Below, piece after piece: positions 1 through 12,240 of a DNA stretch of 64,000 nt. Numbering within the stretch: position 1 is the stretch's first letter; each line of letters opens with the position of its first letter. The notes below the pieces were generated by a model that was not told where the DNA came from, did no database searches, and worked only from the letters and a program-made list of their open reading frames with translations. This DNA is from Stegostoma tigrinum (taxonomy: Eukaryota), in assembly GCF_030684315.1 (NCBI RefSeq), contig NC_081363.1:47877540-47941539 (forward strand), in the 5' to 3' direction. The position numbers and the translations under genes were made by a program.

Positions 1-848
1 TGGGTACAGTGGATGCAGTATACCACATTGGCAGATGTGCAGGTGAACATCTGCTTGATGTGGAAAGTCATCTTGGGGCCTGGGATGGGAGTGAGGGAGG
101 AGGTGTGGGGGCAAGTGTAGCATTTCCTGCGGTTGCAGGGGAAAGTGCTCGGTGTGGTGGGATTAGAGGGGAGTGTGGAGCAGACAAGGGAGTCCTGGAG
201 AGAGGGTCTCTCTGGAAGGCAGACAAGGGTGGGGATGGAAAAATGTCTTGGGTGGTGGGGTCGGATTGTAGATGGCAGAAGTGTCGGAGGATGATTTGTT
301 GTATCCAGAGGTTGGTGGGGTGTTATGTGAGGATGAGGGGAATTGTCTTTTGGCTGTTATTGTGGGGACGGGGTGTGAGGGATGAGGTGCGGGAAATGCA
401 GGAGAAATGATGAAGGGCGTTCTCGACCATTGTGGGGGTGGATGTTGTGGCCCTTGAAGAACGAGGACATCTGGGATGTGCGGGAATGGAATGCCTCATC
501 CTGGAGCAGATACAGGGTGGAGGTGAAGAAATTGGGAAAAGTGGATGGAATTTTTGCAGGAAGGTGGGCAGGAGGAGGCGTATTCCAGGTAGCTGTGGGA
601 GTCGGTGGGCTTGAAATGGATATCGGTTTCTAGGTGGGTGCCTGAGATGGAGACAGAGAGGTCCAAGAAGGAGAGGGAGGTTTTGGAGATGGTCCGGGTG
701 AATTGAAGGTTGGGGTGGAAGGTGTTGATGAAGTGGATGAACTGTTTGAGCTCCTCTTGGGAGCACAAGGCGGCGCCGATACAGTCATCAATGTAACGGA
801 GGAAGAGGTGGGGTTTAGGGCCAGTGTAGGTATGGAAGAGGGACTGTT
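1..848 (-). mobile_element. Penelope-like element (Neptune-type) fragment, RT C-terminus to start of GIY-YIG, frameshifted; continues off the window start
   Basis: Minus-strand ORF 496..897 has PHLFLRYIDDCIG and DIHFKPTDSHSYL; near-identical to 8565-9410. Confidence 0.9.
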
Positions 849-902
849 TGTCTGACTTCTGACTTTGTCCACCCCAGACCAACACTGGCACCTCCACATC
901 AT
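849..902 (+). repeat. 3'-terminal fragment of a second interspersed repeat family (probably another Penelope-like family)
   Basis: tgacttctgactttgtccaccccagaccaacactggcacctcc recurs inverted at ~53791-53832; family assignment is from recollection, not verified. Confidence 0.55.
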
Positions 903-2549
903 ACTATTTTATTCACAATTTATATTCTTGCAGCCAGAATTAACGTGTGACTAATATACCTAACAAAAAAAACTGTGTAAGTATTCCACAAAGCATATCA
1001 AATAGCAAATGTTGTCAAGGTAGATTTCCCAGCAATGACACCTAGATGTCTGTGACAGTGTGGATTGTCAAATCTGAATTAACTTTACAATAAACTTCAA
1101 TTTCTTCTCTTTTGATGAACTAGCTTTGCAGCCCCCGATAAAGGAATTTCAGCACTTACCAGAACAAGTAGTGAAGTGTGTGGCATGAGCTAGAAAACCT
1201 AAAATTTTAAAAACTGGAACAAAATCTCAGAGGTATGAGGCAGGCCTGTTAACCAATTCATCTTGTCACTCAGTGACTACCTCTGCTTCTGGGGACTGGC
1301 ACGTACGATTCTATCCTGCGTTACTATTCCAAGAGTTGTGTCTGATAGCATACCTTTTCACAAGATGGGTTTGGTAACAGTCATTTATGCACGGGTGTCT
1401 CTTCACTCTTGTTGTCCATACCTATCTTTTTTGACAAGTAGAACTCATACTCTAGTGGTATTAAACATGTTTTGTCTCACAATAAATGCCTGCTTAAGCA
1501 AATCCTCCTGATTTTCTATCATTTTTCCAATTAACAGATTTTATATAGCTATGTGAAATTAACAGAGGGCTTCAGAACTAAATACATAGATCATATTGGA
1601 TGTATTGGTCAAGGTTATTGGTGAAAAACTGAAAAAAAATTTCAAAGGTTCATGGCAACTATCACCAAGAACATAAAAATGGATTGAATTTTCAAATTCA
1701 ATTAAACAAATTACTATGTTAAAAATTAAACTCTGTTCAATCTACAAAGTGTGCTTTGTTGATGCCCACAGGACCAGATACATTTGCAACATGGAGAAAT
1801 GGAACTCTTTTATGCTTACATTAAAAGGAAAAAGCTGGACCTAAAAGGTGAAAGACTTTTACTGCATTCACAGCACTGAAATGACCTTAACAAACAGCCG
1901 ATAAGAATATTAAATGGCTTTCATTATCGAATGAAGAGGAAGATCTAAGAACAGAAATAAGGTAAGCAATGGCAAAGGAAAGCTACATTGAAAAGGCTGG
2001 GGAGAAAGTATAACCTGAATGATTTTTAAAAAAACAAGATGTGAGAATGGTGAGAGATAGAGAAAAAATGAAGACTTTGATGGACAGTGTCTGGTGAAGC
2101 AAAACAAATGAGGCTGACAGAGATCATGGTAAAGTGACTGAAAAGCAATGATAGGTATTTCTTATACTCATTGAACTGCAAAATACTTCAGATGCATGCG
2201 CAATCAATATCTGTCACTTCATTGTTGCTACCCACTACGGGTACCAAAGTGGTGCTGTTCCTCACACATCTGCCAGGGTTCACAATTAAATCATAAAAGG
2301 AACAAGAACATTCAGCAGCTCACGTATTTCCTTCACAACTATGCTACCACGTAAAATGGATGGTGGTGAATCACAGTCTATTTTACATTTTTCTCAGTTT
2401 TCATTTTCATTGAAAATAATAATTGAAGATTGTACTGGAACCAATCTTTACAGTTTTGTATTTTTAAAGTTACTTCTTTCAAGTAGACACTCTAAACTAA
2501 TTAACAGTTTCTGTTGTGACTAAGCTAAGTGAACATCTCTGGAGATAAA

Positions 2550-2860
2550 TTCACGTATTTACCTAGAAAAGGGATTTTAATACGGGGAGGGGAGCACATT
2601 TTAAGATGAGAGGAGAAAGATATATAGTGATATTGGGGACAAAATTTTAATACAGGGGTTTGCGTGTGGAATGAACCTCCTGAGAAAGTGATGGATGTTG
2701 GTACAATTACAATATTTACAAGACATTTGGATAAGTACATGAATAAGAAAGATTTGTGGGAAGATGGACGAGGAGCAGGCAGGTGGGACTACTTTAGTTT
2801 GGGATTATGTTAAGCACGGACTAGTTGGACCCAAGGGTCTGTTGGCGTGCCGTATGACTT
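2550..2860 (+). mobile_element. CR1-type LINE 3' end, degenerate
   Basis: Typical tail (gtggaatgaac..., atttggataagtacatg, gcaggtgggact...gggtctgtt) also seen at 32650-32775 and 60350-60495. Confidence 0.8.
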
Positions 2861-3186
2861 TAAATGGGGAGGATAAAGCAATGGGGCCGAGAAGATTGAG
2901 TTACCGCTGTGCTGTGCATTATAGTTTCTAACTCAAACGTTACGAGTAAAAGATCATTTTTCTAGTCTGCCTTTTAAACAAGGCCAACAGTATTGGGTTG
3001 GCTTTAATGTAAAGAATGCAAAGAAAATAATAATCAAGGAAGCAATATGACAAGCGCAATATGATGTCCATTTCCAAAATTCGATCGCAGCGTTCTCAGC
3101 AGTATGTAGCGGCTCCCCGCATCCAACTTGCATTCCGCAGTCACTTTTTTTATCCAAGTTACAAACTTCACACAAAGTGTTGAGAA

Positions 3187-3340
3187 GAGATAGTAGGAAC
3201 TGCCGATCAGCATTAGAGGAGCAGGAAAGTTTGACATTTCGCGTCGAGACCGTTCATCAGAAAATTAGAAAAAAATTAGACCCGAAACGTCAAACTTTCC
3301 TGCTCCTCTGATGTTCATCCAGCTTCACACCGTGTTATCT
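3187..3340. mobile_element. Mini palindromic Penelope-end element E1
   Basis: Two inverted PLE 3' termini; TSD caaagt(g/c)ttgagaa at 3173-3186 and 3341-3354. Confidence 0.8.
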
Positions 3341-3640
3341 CAAAGTCTTGAGAATATCAGGTGAAATATGACGATACGAACGTCGGGAGGTTATTTCATT
3401 TGAACCATGTCAGTAACACTTCTGCGCGGTTTAATTCCAAACTGGGGCATGTCTAAACGGGGTTGTGCAGCCACGCCCAGGGAAAGGCGCTGCAGTGAAC
3501 CTCCCAGGGCGTTGGTTGGAGAACTAAAAATCTCACATCACAGGCTGGTGTTAAACCGGGAAATCAGGTCAGCCGTCAGGCTGGGGTCTCAGCCCGGTGC
3601 ACTGCGGATTCAGGAAGGGCCGAAATCAGGCCGCGTGTTG

Positions 3641-4025
3641 GGGGTCACTGCGCCCAGGGATCGGGTCGGGAATTGGGGGTCACTGCGCCCAGGGATCGGG
3701 CCGGGTATTGGGGATCACTGCGCTCAGGGATCGGGCCGGGAATTGGGGGTCACTGCGCTCAGGGATCGGGCCGGGTATTGGGGATCACTGCGCTCAGGGA
3801 TCGGGCCGGGTATTGGGGATCACTGCGCTCAGGGATCGGGCCGGGTATTGGGGTCACTGGGACTGGGTGATCGGGCCGGGTACTGGGGATCACTGCGCTC
3901 AGGGATCGGGCCGGGTATTGGGGATCACTGCGCTCAGGGATCGGGCCGGGTATTGGGGTCACTGGGACTGGGTGATCGGGCCGGGTACTGGGGTCACTGT
4001 GAGTGGGGAATCGGGCCGGGTACTG
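3641..4025 (+). repeat. 35-bp CpG-rich minisatellite, 11 copies
   Basis: Unit GGGATCACTGCGCTCAGGGATCGGGCCGGGTATTG starting at 3641, 3676, 3711 ... 3991. Confidence 0.95.
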
Positions 4026-4268
4026 GGGTTTTTTAGGGGAGAGCCTCGGGCTGAGTACTTGGGTGGTTACAAGAGGGGGACGAAGTCTCTGGCCGAGTAC
4101 TGGGGTCTATTTTTGTGTGGGGGCGGGGGGGGGGAGAGTGGAAGAATGGCGATCACTCGGCTATTGGGGTCTCCGGTGGGGAAACTAGCGAAACTTTCGG
4201 AGACTGGGCAGCGCTGCGTCCCGATTATCCGCAGCTCGGGTTTCCTGCAGTTTCCATGCAGATAGAAA

Positions 4269-4410
4269 ACAACAAAAGTGTGGAGCTGGATGAACACAGC
4301 AGGCCAAGCAGCATCTCAGGAGCACAAAAGCTGCTGCTGCTTGGCCTGCTGTGTTCATCCAGCCCCACAGTGTTGTCTCGGGTTCTCCAGCATCTGCAGT
4401 TCCCATTATC
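4269..4410. mobile_element. Mini palindromic Penelope-end element E2
   Basis: Inverted arms gctggatgaacacagcaggccaagcagca / tgctgcttggcctgctgtgttcatccagc, tail on the right; perfect 16-bp TSD tccatgcagatagaaa at 4253-4268 and 4411-4426. Confidence 0.9.
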
Positions 4411-4553
4411 TCCATGCAGATAGAAACCTGTTTATCCAGGTTTTTTTGCGGTCTCAGGGCGGGCGTTTCTTCACTTACTCACTCCTTTCTCAGTCGCCAT
4501 TTGCTAAACCCACGCGTTTTCCATTTCAGAAACGTTTCTCCTTCAGCAGAATC

Positions 4554-4556
4554 ATG
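4554..4556 (+). CDS. lgals3: Galectin-3 exon 1, coding part (ATG only)
   Basis: agaatcATG|gtaaga within the CpG island; phase 0 joins the DELS microexon to give M-DELS-LEDAL (human MADNFSLHDAL). Confidence 0.6.
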
Positions 4557-5404
4557 GTAAGAAATGTTAGAATCTTTTTGTTGTGTAGGTAGCATCGCAC
4601 CGATATGTACATTTTTTAAGCATCTGGTGAATGAGCCCTGGTGTTAAATTACAGCACTGCCTTCACCCCGAGTATTTTTGCCGGGGGTTGGTGGTGTAGC
4701 TTGTATATTTGAAAGTATTTTTGTTGGCAATGTTCATCATATCAGGATGTCCAAAACTGCACGATATCTAATTGAGTTATTTCAGAGTGCCGTCACTGTT
4801 ACCATTATAGGACTGAAGATTTTTACATTGACAAATTGTAGAGTGAAGTTTGGCATTTAATGGGAATACCGCAAAAACATGTTAATTACTAGAGACGTGA
4901 AATTAAAACAAAAGTAGATAATGCTGGTAACACTCAGCATCTGTAAGGAAAACAGCCAGAAAGTTTGTTTATGTTTAAAGCCTGGGATTGATGTTACAAC
5001 AGTTCTGTAATTGTTTCTAGCAGTTTTTAAAACATTACCAGTGTCTTGTTGCGAGAAACTGATGGTTGTTCTCTGAATCATTGACTTGAGGTGAGATCTA
5101 CATGGGTGGTCCAGACCGCAGTTTCATAGAGATTTATCCCACCAAGATATTTTTAAAATATAAGCTTGGGGAAATGTGTCCATGAATACTGATACTCCCC
5201 AGCAACTGAAAGACAGACCTTTTCAATGTTTTATTTTATATTCAAGCAACTGTACAAGCATAACAACAAGTATTACAAAAAAGAAATCCACATCTTTACC
5301 ACTCATATCTGTGTTAGAACAAATGCTGTGAATTGTCAGTCTGAAGTTACCTCCTCAGATTACAGTTTTCTCACCACTGCTGAAACTTGTACTCTGTTCT
5401 ATCA

Positions 5405-5579
5405 GAGATAATGGGAACTGCAGATGCTGGAGAATCTGACATAATAAAGTGTGGAGCTGGATGAACACAGCAGGCCAAGCAGCATTTCAGGAGCACAAAA
5501 GCTGACGTTTCGGGCCTAGACCCTTCATCTGATGGGTCTGCTTGGCCTGCTGTGTTCATCCAGCTCCACACTTTGTTAT
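5405..5579. mobile_element. Mini palindromic Penelope-end element E3
   Basis: Tail on the left; inversion at cttcatc-t-gatggg in the hammerhead core; TSD ctctgttc(ta/cg)tca at 5392-5404 and 5580-5592. Confidence 0.85.
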
Positions 5580-6024
5580 CTCTGTTCCGTCATAAGGCGT
5601 TTAGAGTGCAGGGAGTTATTTCTCTTAAACTTGTTGCCTTTCGTAAGTAACTGCAGGTGCATTTCTGTTTCTATAGAATGCATTTTCTTAGCTCAGTTGC
5701 TAATAATTTTCATTTTGAAAAAGGTAGCCACAAACCACTAGGTGCAGTGCAGTTTTACAGTGTTGACGTTTACAGTGACGTTTATCACACATATTCTCGC
5801 TCTTTGGGACTGTCTGCATTCCAGCAGAGTTAAAGGGATTTGTTTAGTGAATAGCTCCTGTTATTGTACATTAGTTAGCACTTCATATTCTCCAGGTCTG
5901 TTTGACTTTTGACATCAGTTTAGTTAAATTTAATTTTATTTCATTTCCTGCAGCAAACTTACATGGCAGATATTACCTTATAATGCAAAATGTTTTGTAG
6001 AATTGTAGAAACTTACAGCTCATA

Positions 6025-7550
6025 AGGATAGAAACATCGAAAATAGATGCTGGAGTAGGCCATTCGGCCCTTTGTACCTGCATCACCATTCAATATAGTC
6101 ATGGCTGATCATGTGATTTCAGTGTCTCACTCCTCCTGCTTTCTCTCCATACCCCTTGATCCCTTTAGCCATAAGGGCCAAGTCCTGAACCCCATGAATA
6201 TATCTAACAAACTGGCCCCAACAGCTTTCTGTGGTAGAGACTTCCACAGGTTCACTGCTCTGAGTGAAAAAAATCTTCCTCATCTCAGTCCTGAATGGCT
6301 TACCCCTGTGAGGCCTAGTTCTGGACTTTCCCAAAATTGGGAACATTCTTCACGCGTCTAGCCTGTCCAGTCCCATTGGGACTTTGTATGTTTGTATGAG
6401 AGCCGCCTTCATGCTTCTGAATTCCAGTGAGTATAAGACCAGTCGATCCAGTCTTTTTTCATATGCCTGACCTGCCATCCCGGGAATCAGTCTGGTGAAC
6501 CTTCACTGGACTCCCGCAATAGTAAGAACGTCCTTCCTCAGACTAGGAGGCCAAACCTACTCACAGTACTCGAGGTGCAGCCTCACCAAAGGCCCCATAT
6601 AACTGTAGCAAGACATCCCCGCAGCAAGACATCCCTTCTCCTATACTCAAATCCCTTTACAATGAAGGCCATGAAGCCATTAGCTTTCCTCATGGCCTGC
6701 TGCACCTGCATGCCAGCCTTCAGCAACTGTTGCACCGTAACACCCAGGTCTCATTGCACCTCACCTTTTCCTAAAAGCCACCATTCAACTAATAATCTGC
6801 CATCCTGTTTTTGTGACATCACAGTATTCCATATTAACATTGCATTTATCAAATATTTGCCCTCTCGAACAGTCTGTCCAAATCACTCTGCATCCTCCTC
6901 ACAGCACATTCTGCCACCCAGTTTAGTGTCATCTGCAAATTTGGAGACATTGCATTCAATTCCTTCATCTGAAGCGTTAACATATATTGTGAACAGCTGC
7001 GGTCCCAGCATTCAACCATTCTGAAAAGGTCCCGTTTATTCCAACATTCTGCTTCCTGTCTGCCAACCAGTTCTCTATCCACATCAAAACATTACCTCCG
7101 ATACCATGAGCTTTAATTTTCCTTACTAATCTCTTGTGTGGACCTTGTCAAAAGCCCTTTGAAAGCCCAGATACACAACATCCACTGATTCATCTTTGTC
7201 CACACTACTGGTCATATCCTCAAAAAATTCCAGAAGATTTGTCAAGCATGATTTCCCTTTAGTGAATCCATGCTGTCTTTGACCGATCTTGTCACTGCTT
7301 GCTAAATTATTACATCCTTAACAATTGACTCTAGCGTTGTCCCACCACTCTTGTCAGGGTAACCAGCCTATAACTCCCCATTTCCCTCCCTCCTTTTTAA
7401 AAAGTGGGGTTACATTAGCTACCCTCCAGCCATGCGGACTTATTGAGTTTTGATCCCGTTATTTTCCCCAATACTATTTCCTGACTGGTAAGGATTTCCT
7501 CATGTTCCTCCTTCATGCTTGACCCTCTGTCCCCTTGCATTTCCAGTTTG
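6025..7550 (-). mobile_element. CR1-type LINE (RT region to 3' end), degenerate
   Basis: Reverse complement of CR1 RT and 3' UTR; similar to + strand copies at 26410, 43169, 44350. Confidence 0.85.
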
Positions 7551-7946
7551 ACCCATCATGTCAGTGCTGGCCTTTCGAAAGGTTGTGCTTAGTTCTACAT
7601 CCTGCTATTTATTTGTGACCCTGAAAGTTCCTCACTGTTAAGTACCTTTTTAAAATATAATTTGTAAAATCATCTTACAGTTCCATTTCAGAGACAGCAT
7701 TCCAATGGCAACAATGCTATGTGAAAATTAACTCCTGTTTTCACTTCATATGTTTCCCCAATGATTTTGAATCTATAACTTGTAAATATTAATTCCCTCA
7801 GCAGAGACATTTCCCCACCTAGCTTTTGAATATCAAAAGCTCCCTAGCTTCAAACTCCTACTTATGTCAGCATCTAACCTAAGATAATAAAATGTGAGGC
7901 TGGATGAACACAGCAGGCCAAGCAGCATCTCAGGAGCACAAAAGCT

Positions 7947-7974
7947 GACGTTTCGGGCCTAGACTCTTCATCAG
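7947..7974 (-). ncRNA. Minimal type I hammerhead ribozyme motif (E4 left arm)
   Basis: CTGATGA-AGAGTCTAGGCCC-GAAAC-GTC on the minus strand; minimal HHRs are an established feature of PLE termini. Confidence 0.75.
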
Positions 7975-8202
7975 AGAGGTGGATGGGGTGAGGGTTCTGG
8001 ATTAAATAGGGAGAGAGGGGGAGGCGGACCGAAGATGGAGAGAAAAGAAGATAGGTGGAGAGAGTGTAGGTGGGGAGGTAGGGAGGGGATAGGTCAGTCC
8101 AGGGAAGACGGACAGGTCAAGGAGGTGGGATGAGGTTGGTAGGTACGAGATGGGGGTGCGGCTTGGGGTGGGAGGAAGGGATGGGGTGAGAGGAAGAACA
8201 GG

Positions 8203-9873
8203 TTAGGGAGGCAGATACAGGTTGGACTGGTTTTGGGATGCTGTGGGTGGAGGGGAAGAGCTGGGCTGGTTTAGGGATGCGGTGGGGGAAGGGGAGATTT
8301 TGAAGCTGGTGAAGTCCACATTGATGCCATTAGGCTTCAGGGTTCCCAGGCAGAATATGAGTTGCTGTTCCTGCAACCTTCGGGTGGCATCATTGTGGCA
8401 CTGCTGGAGGCCCATGATGGACATGTCATCTAAAGAATGGGAGGGGGAGTGGAAATGGTTTGCGACTGGGAGGTGTAGTTGTTTGTTGCGAACCAAGCGG
8501 AGGTGTTCTGCAAAGTGGTCCCCAAGCCTCCGCTTGGTTTCCCCAATGTAGAGAAAGCCACACCGGGTACAGTGGATGCAGTATACCACATTGGCAGATG
8601 TGCAGGTGAACCTCTGCTTAATGTGGAATGCCATCTTGGGGCCTGGGATAGGGGTGAGGGAGGAGGTGTGGGGGCAAGTGTAGCATTTCCTGTGGTTGCA
8701 GGGGAAGGTGCCGGGTGTGGTGGGGTTGGAGGGCAGTGTGGAGCGAACAAGGGAGTCACGGAGAGCGTGGTCTCTCCGGAAAGCAGACAGGGGTGGGGAT
8801 GGAAAAATGTCTTCGGTGGTGGGGTCGGATTGTAGATGGCGGAAGTGTCGGAGGATGATGCGTTGTATCCGGAGGTTGGTGGGGTGATGTGTGAGAACGA
8901 GGGGGATCCTCTTTGGGCGGTTGTGGCGGGGGCAGGGTGTGAGGGATGTGTTGCGGGAAATGCGGGAGACGCGGTCAAGGGCGTTCTCGATCACTGTGGG
9001 GGGAAAGTTGCGGTCCTTGAAGAACTTGGACATCTGGGATGTGCGGGAGTGGAACGTCTTATCGTGGGAGCAGATGTGGCGGAGGCGGAGGAATTGGGAA
9101 TAGGGGATGGAATTTTTGCAGGAGGGTGGGTGGGAGGAGGTGTATTCTATGTAGCTGTGGGAGTCGGTGGGCTTGAAATGGACATCAGTTACAAGCTGGT
9201 TGCCTGAGATGGAGACTGAGAGATCCAGGAAGGTGAGGGATGTGCTGGAGATGGTCCAGGTGAACTGAAGGTTGGGGTGGAAGGTGTTGGTGAAGTGGAT
9301 GAACTGTTCGAGCTCCTCTGGGGAGCAAGAGGCGGCGCCGATACAGTCATCAATGTACCGGAGGAAGCGGTGGGGTTTGGGCCCTGTGTAGGTGCGGAAG
9401 AGGGACTGTTCCACGTAACCTACAAAGAGGCAGGCCTAGCTGGGGCCCATGTGGGTGCCCATGGCCACCCCCTTAGTCTGTAGGAAGTGGAAGGAGTCGA
9501 AAGAGAAGTTGTTGAGGGTGAGGATGAGTTCGTCTAGGCGGATGAGGGTGTCGGTGGATGGGGACTGGTCGGGCCTGCGGGACAGGAAGAAGCGGAGGGC
9601 CTTGTGGCCATCTGCATGCGGAATGCAGGCGTATAGGGACTGGACGTCCATGGTGAAAATGAGGTGTTGGGGGCCAGGGAATTGGAAGTCCTGGAGGAGG
9701 TGGAGGGCGTGGGTGGTGTCATGGACGTAGGTAGGGAGTTCCTGGACCAAAGGGGAGAAAATGGAGTCCAGATAGGTGGAGATGAGTTCTGTGGGGCAGG
9801 AGCAGGCTGAGACGATGGGTCGACCAGGGCAGGCAGGTTTGTGGATTTTAGGAAGGAGATAGAAACGGGCCAT
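8203..9873 (-). pseudogene. 5'-truncated Penelope RT-GIY-YIG ORF with a single in-frame stop
   Basis: ORFs 9436..9873 and 8203..9414 are in the same frame, separated by TAG at GPS*ACLF (GPSYAC in the copy at ~50815). Confidence 0.9.
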
Positions 9874-11009
9874 GCGGGTTTCGGGAACAATGAGGTTGGA
9901 GGCTGTGGGTGGGAGGTCCCCTGAGGTGATGAGGTCATGAATGGTGTTGGAGATGATGGTTGGTGCTCGGGTGTGGGGTCATGATCGAGGGGGCGGTATC
10001 CCTCACACCCTGCCCCCGCCACAACCGCCCAAAGAGGATCCCCCTCGTTCTCACACACCACCCCACCAACCTCCAGATACAACGCATCATCCTCCGACAC
10101 TTCCGCCATCTACAATCCGACCCCACCACCCAAGACATTTTTCCATCCCCACCCCTGTCTGCTTTCCGGAGAGACCACTCTCTCCGTGACTCCCTTGTTC
10201 GCTCCACACTGCCCTCCAACCCCACCACACCCAGCACCTTCCCCTGCAACCGCAGGAAATGCTACACTTGCCCCCACACCTCCTCCCTCACCCCTATCCC
10301 AGGCCCCAAGATGGCATTCCACATTAAGCAGAGGTTCACCTGCACATCTGCCAATGTGGTATACTGCATCCACTGTACCCGGTGTGGCTTCCGCTACATT
10401 GGGGAAACCAAGCGGAGGCTTGGGGACCGCTTTGCAGAACACCTCTGCTTGGTTCGCAACAAACAACTACACCTCCCAGTCGAAAACCATTTCCACTCCC
10501 CCTCCCATTCTTTAGATGACATGTCCATCATGGGCCTCCTGCAGTGCCACAATGATGCCACCCGAAGGTTGCAGGAACAGCAACTCATATTCCGCTTGGG
10601 AACCCTGCAGCCTAATGGCATCAATGTGGACTTCACCAGCTTCAAAATCTCCCCTTCCCCCGCCGCATCCCAAAACCAGCCCAGTTCGTCCCCTCCCCCC
10701 ACTGCACCACACACCCAGCCCAGCTCTTCCCCTCGACCCACTGCATCCCAAAACCAATCCAACCTGTCTCTGCCTCCCTAACCTGTTCTTCCTCTCACCC
10801 CATCCCTTCCTCCCACCCCAAGCCGCACCCCCATCTCCTACTTACTAACCTCATCCCACCTCCTTGACCTGTCCGTCTTCCCTGGACTGACCTATCCCCT
10901 CCCTACCTCCCCACCTATACTCTCTCCACCTATCTTCTTTTCTCTCCATCTTCGGTCCGCCTCCCCCTCTCTCGCTATTTATTCCAGAACCCTCACCCCA
11001 TCCCCCTCT

Positions 11010-11037
11010 CTGATGAAGAGTCTAGGCCCGAAACGTC
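11010..11037 (+). ncRNA. Minimal type I hammerhead ribozyme motif (E4 right arm)
   Basis: CTGATGA-AGAGTCTAGGCCC-GAAAC-GTC. Confidence 0.75.
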
Positions 11038-11819
11038 AGCTTTTGTGCTCCTGAGATGCTGCTTGGCCTGCTGTGTTCGCCCAGCCTCACATTTTATTAT
11101 CTTGGATTCTCCAGCATCTGCAGTTCCCATTATCTCATCATCTAACCTTCTGTGTTTCCAGGAATGAAGTCCTAACTTCCACAACCCCTCATCCTCAGTA
11201 GTATCCTAGTAAACCTCCTCTACGCTTATTCGCTTTCTAAAGTGTACTGCCTGGAATTGCTACAGTTTGGCAGCAAAGGTTAAACCTAACTTATTCAAAT
11301 GTATAACATCCTGAAGGGGCCTTCCAGGGTGGGTTTTTTCCTTTGGCAGGCGAATGTAAACACAGGGACACAATTTCATCTTTGTGTTTCCCACATTTCT
11401 CAGTAAACAAGCAGAAGTGCAGCTTTAGTTGAAGTCCTTAATACTTCCCTCTCGTTTCTCTTTCTTTCCATTTATTGCTGTCTTTCTCTTTCAGCCACTG
11501 TCTTTCTCTCTCCTTGACCATGTGCAAGAAAACAGAATGCTTCCAAATAACAAATGATTGCTGATTGTTAAATTTCCTTTTGCCCCACACCCCGTTCCAA
11601 ATGAGCAGTTGCAACTGTTGTTGCTCTGATAACTTTGGTAATGTAATGGAAATGCAGATGTTAATGATATGATGATTTAACACTGAAGTTCATCTTCATG
11701 TGCTATCGCATTACTGAGAGGAGAGGATGGAATATCCTCTACTGGAGAGGTGTGCTACAGAGATCAGAACTGTGTATAATGTTGCATAAAGAAAAGTTTG
11801 TTGGAACTCCTGGAAGTCA

Positions 11820-12240
11820 GACAATACAAACATTAGGAGCAGAATTCAGGCTGTTGAGCCTGCTGTGCCGTTCAGTAGGATCATGGCTGGTCTGTTTGTT
11901 TCGAATTCCGCATTCCCATCTATTCTGATAACCCTTAAATGGCTTGCCTGAAGAAGTCTATCTCTGCCTTAAAAAATATTCAAGCACCCCAGTTCCATTA
12001 CCAGAGAGTTACAATGTCATACGGCCTTCTGAGAAACAAAGATTCTCCTCACCTCTGTCCAACAAATGGTGACATCTAATTTTAAAACTATGTCCTCCCA
12101 TCGCTCTATTCAGCCATAGGAGGAAATATGACTTCGATGTCCACCTTGTTGAGACCATTCAGGATTTTATATACTTCAATCCAATCATCTCTTGCTGTTC
12201 TAAACATCAATAGAAAGAAGCCCATTCTATCCAACAACAT
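11820..12240 (-). mobile_element. CR1-type LINE 3' end, degenerate
   Basis: Similar to 58880-59250 and 6025-6400. Confidence 0.65.

Larger units (their letters stand above)
3350..4700 (+). promoter_or_regulatory. CpG island / promoter region of lgals3
   Basis: High CpG density versus CpG-depleted flanks; GC box gggcggg 4457-4463 and YY1-like cgccattt 4495-4502 upstream of ATG|gtaaga at 4554-4562. Confidence 0.75.
7881..11138. mobile_element. Large palindromic Neptune-type Penelope insertion E4 (left arm minus ~7881-9990, right arm plus ~9998-11135) in lgals3 intron 1
   Basis: RT motifs TMDVQSLY, QTKGVAMG, RYIDD; Cys linker CNRRKCYTC; GIY-YIG VVYCIHC...YIGET; TSD catctaacct at 7871-7880 and 11139-11148. 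Confidence 0.95.

Noticed and set aside
3641-4025. Regular 35-bp repeats resembling a CRISPR array
   Set aside because: No unique spacers; head-to-tail tandem units in a vertebrate genome
3407-4265. Long ORFs (209 and 222 aa) over the promoter
   Set aside because: Products of the stop-poor 35-bp minisatellite; all frames give the same repetitive peptides
4269-5579. E2 and E3 as DNA-transposon MITEs or miRNA hairpins
   Set aside because: Arms are identical to Penelope 3' termini, ends are asymmetric and TSD lengths vary (10-16 bp)
8222-10848. Many overlapping antisense and alternative-frame ORFs in Penelope arms
   Set aside because: Shadows of a C-rich/G-rich coding strand with no independent motifs
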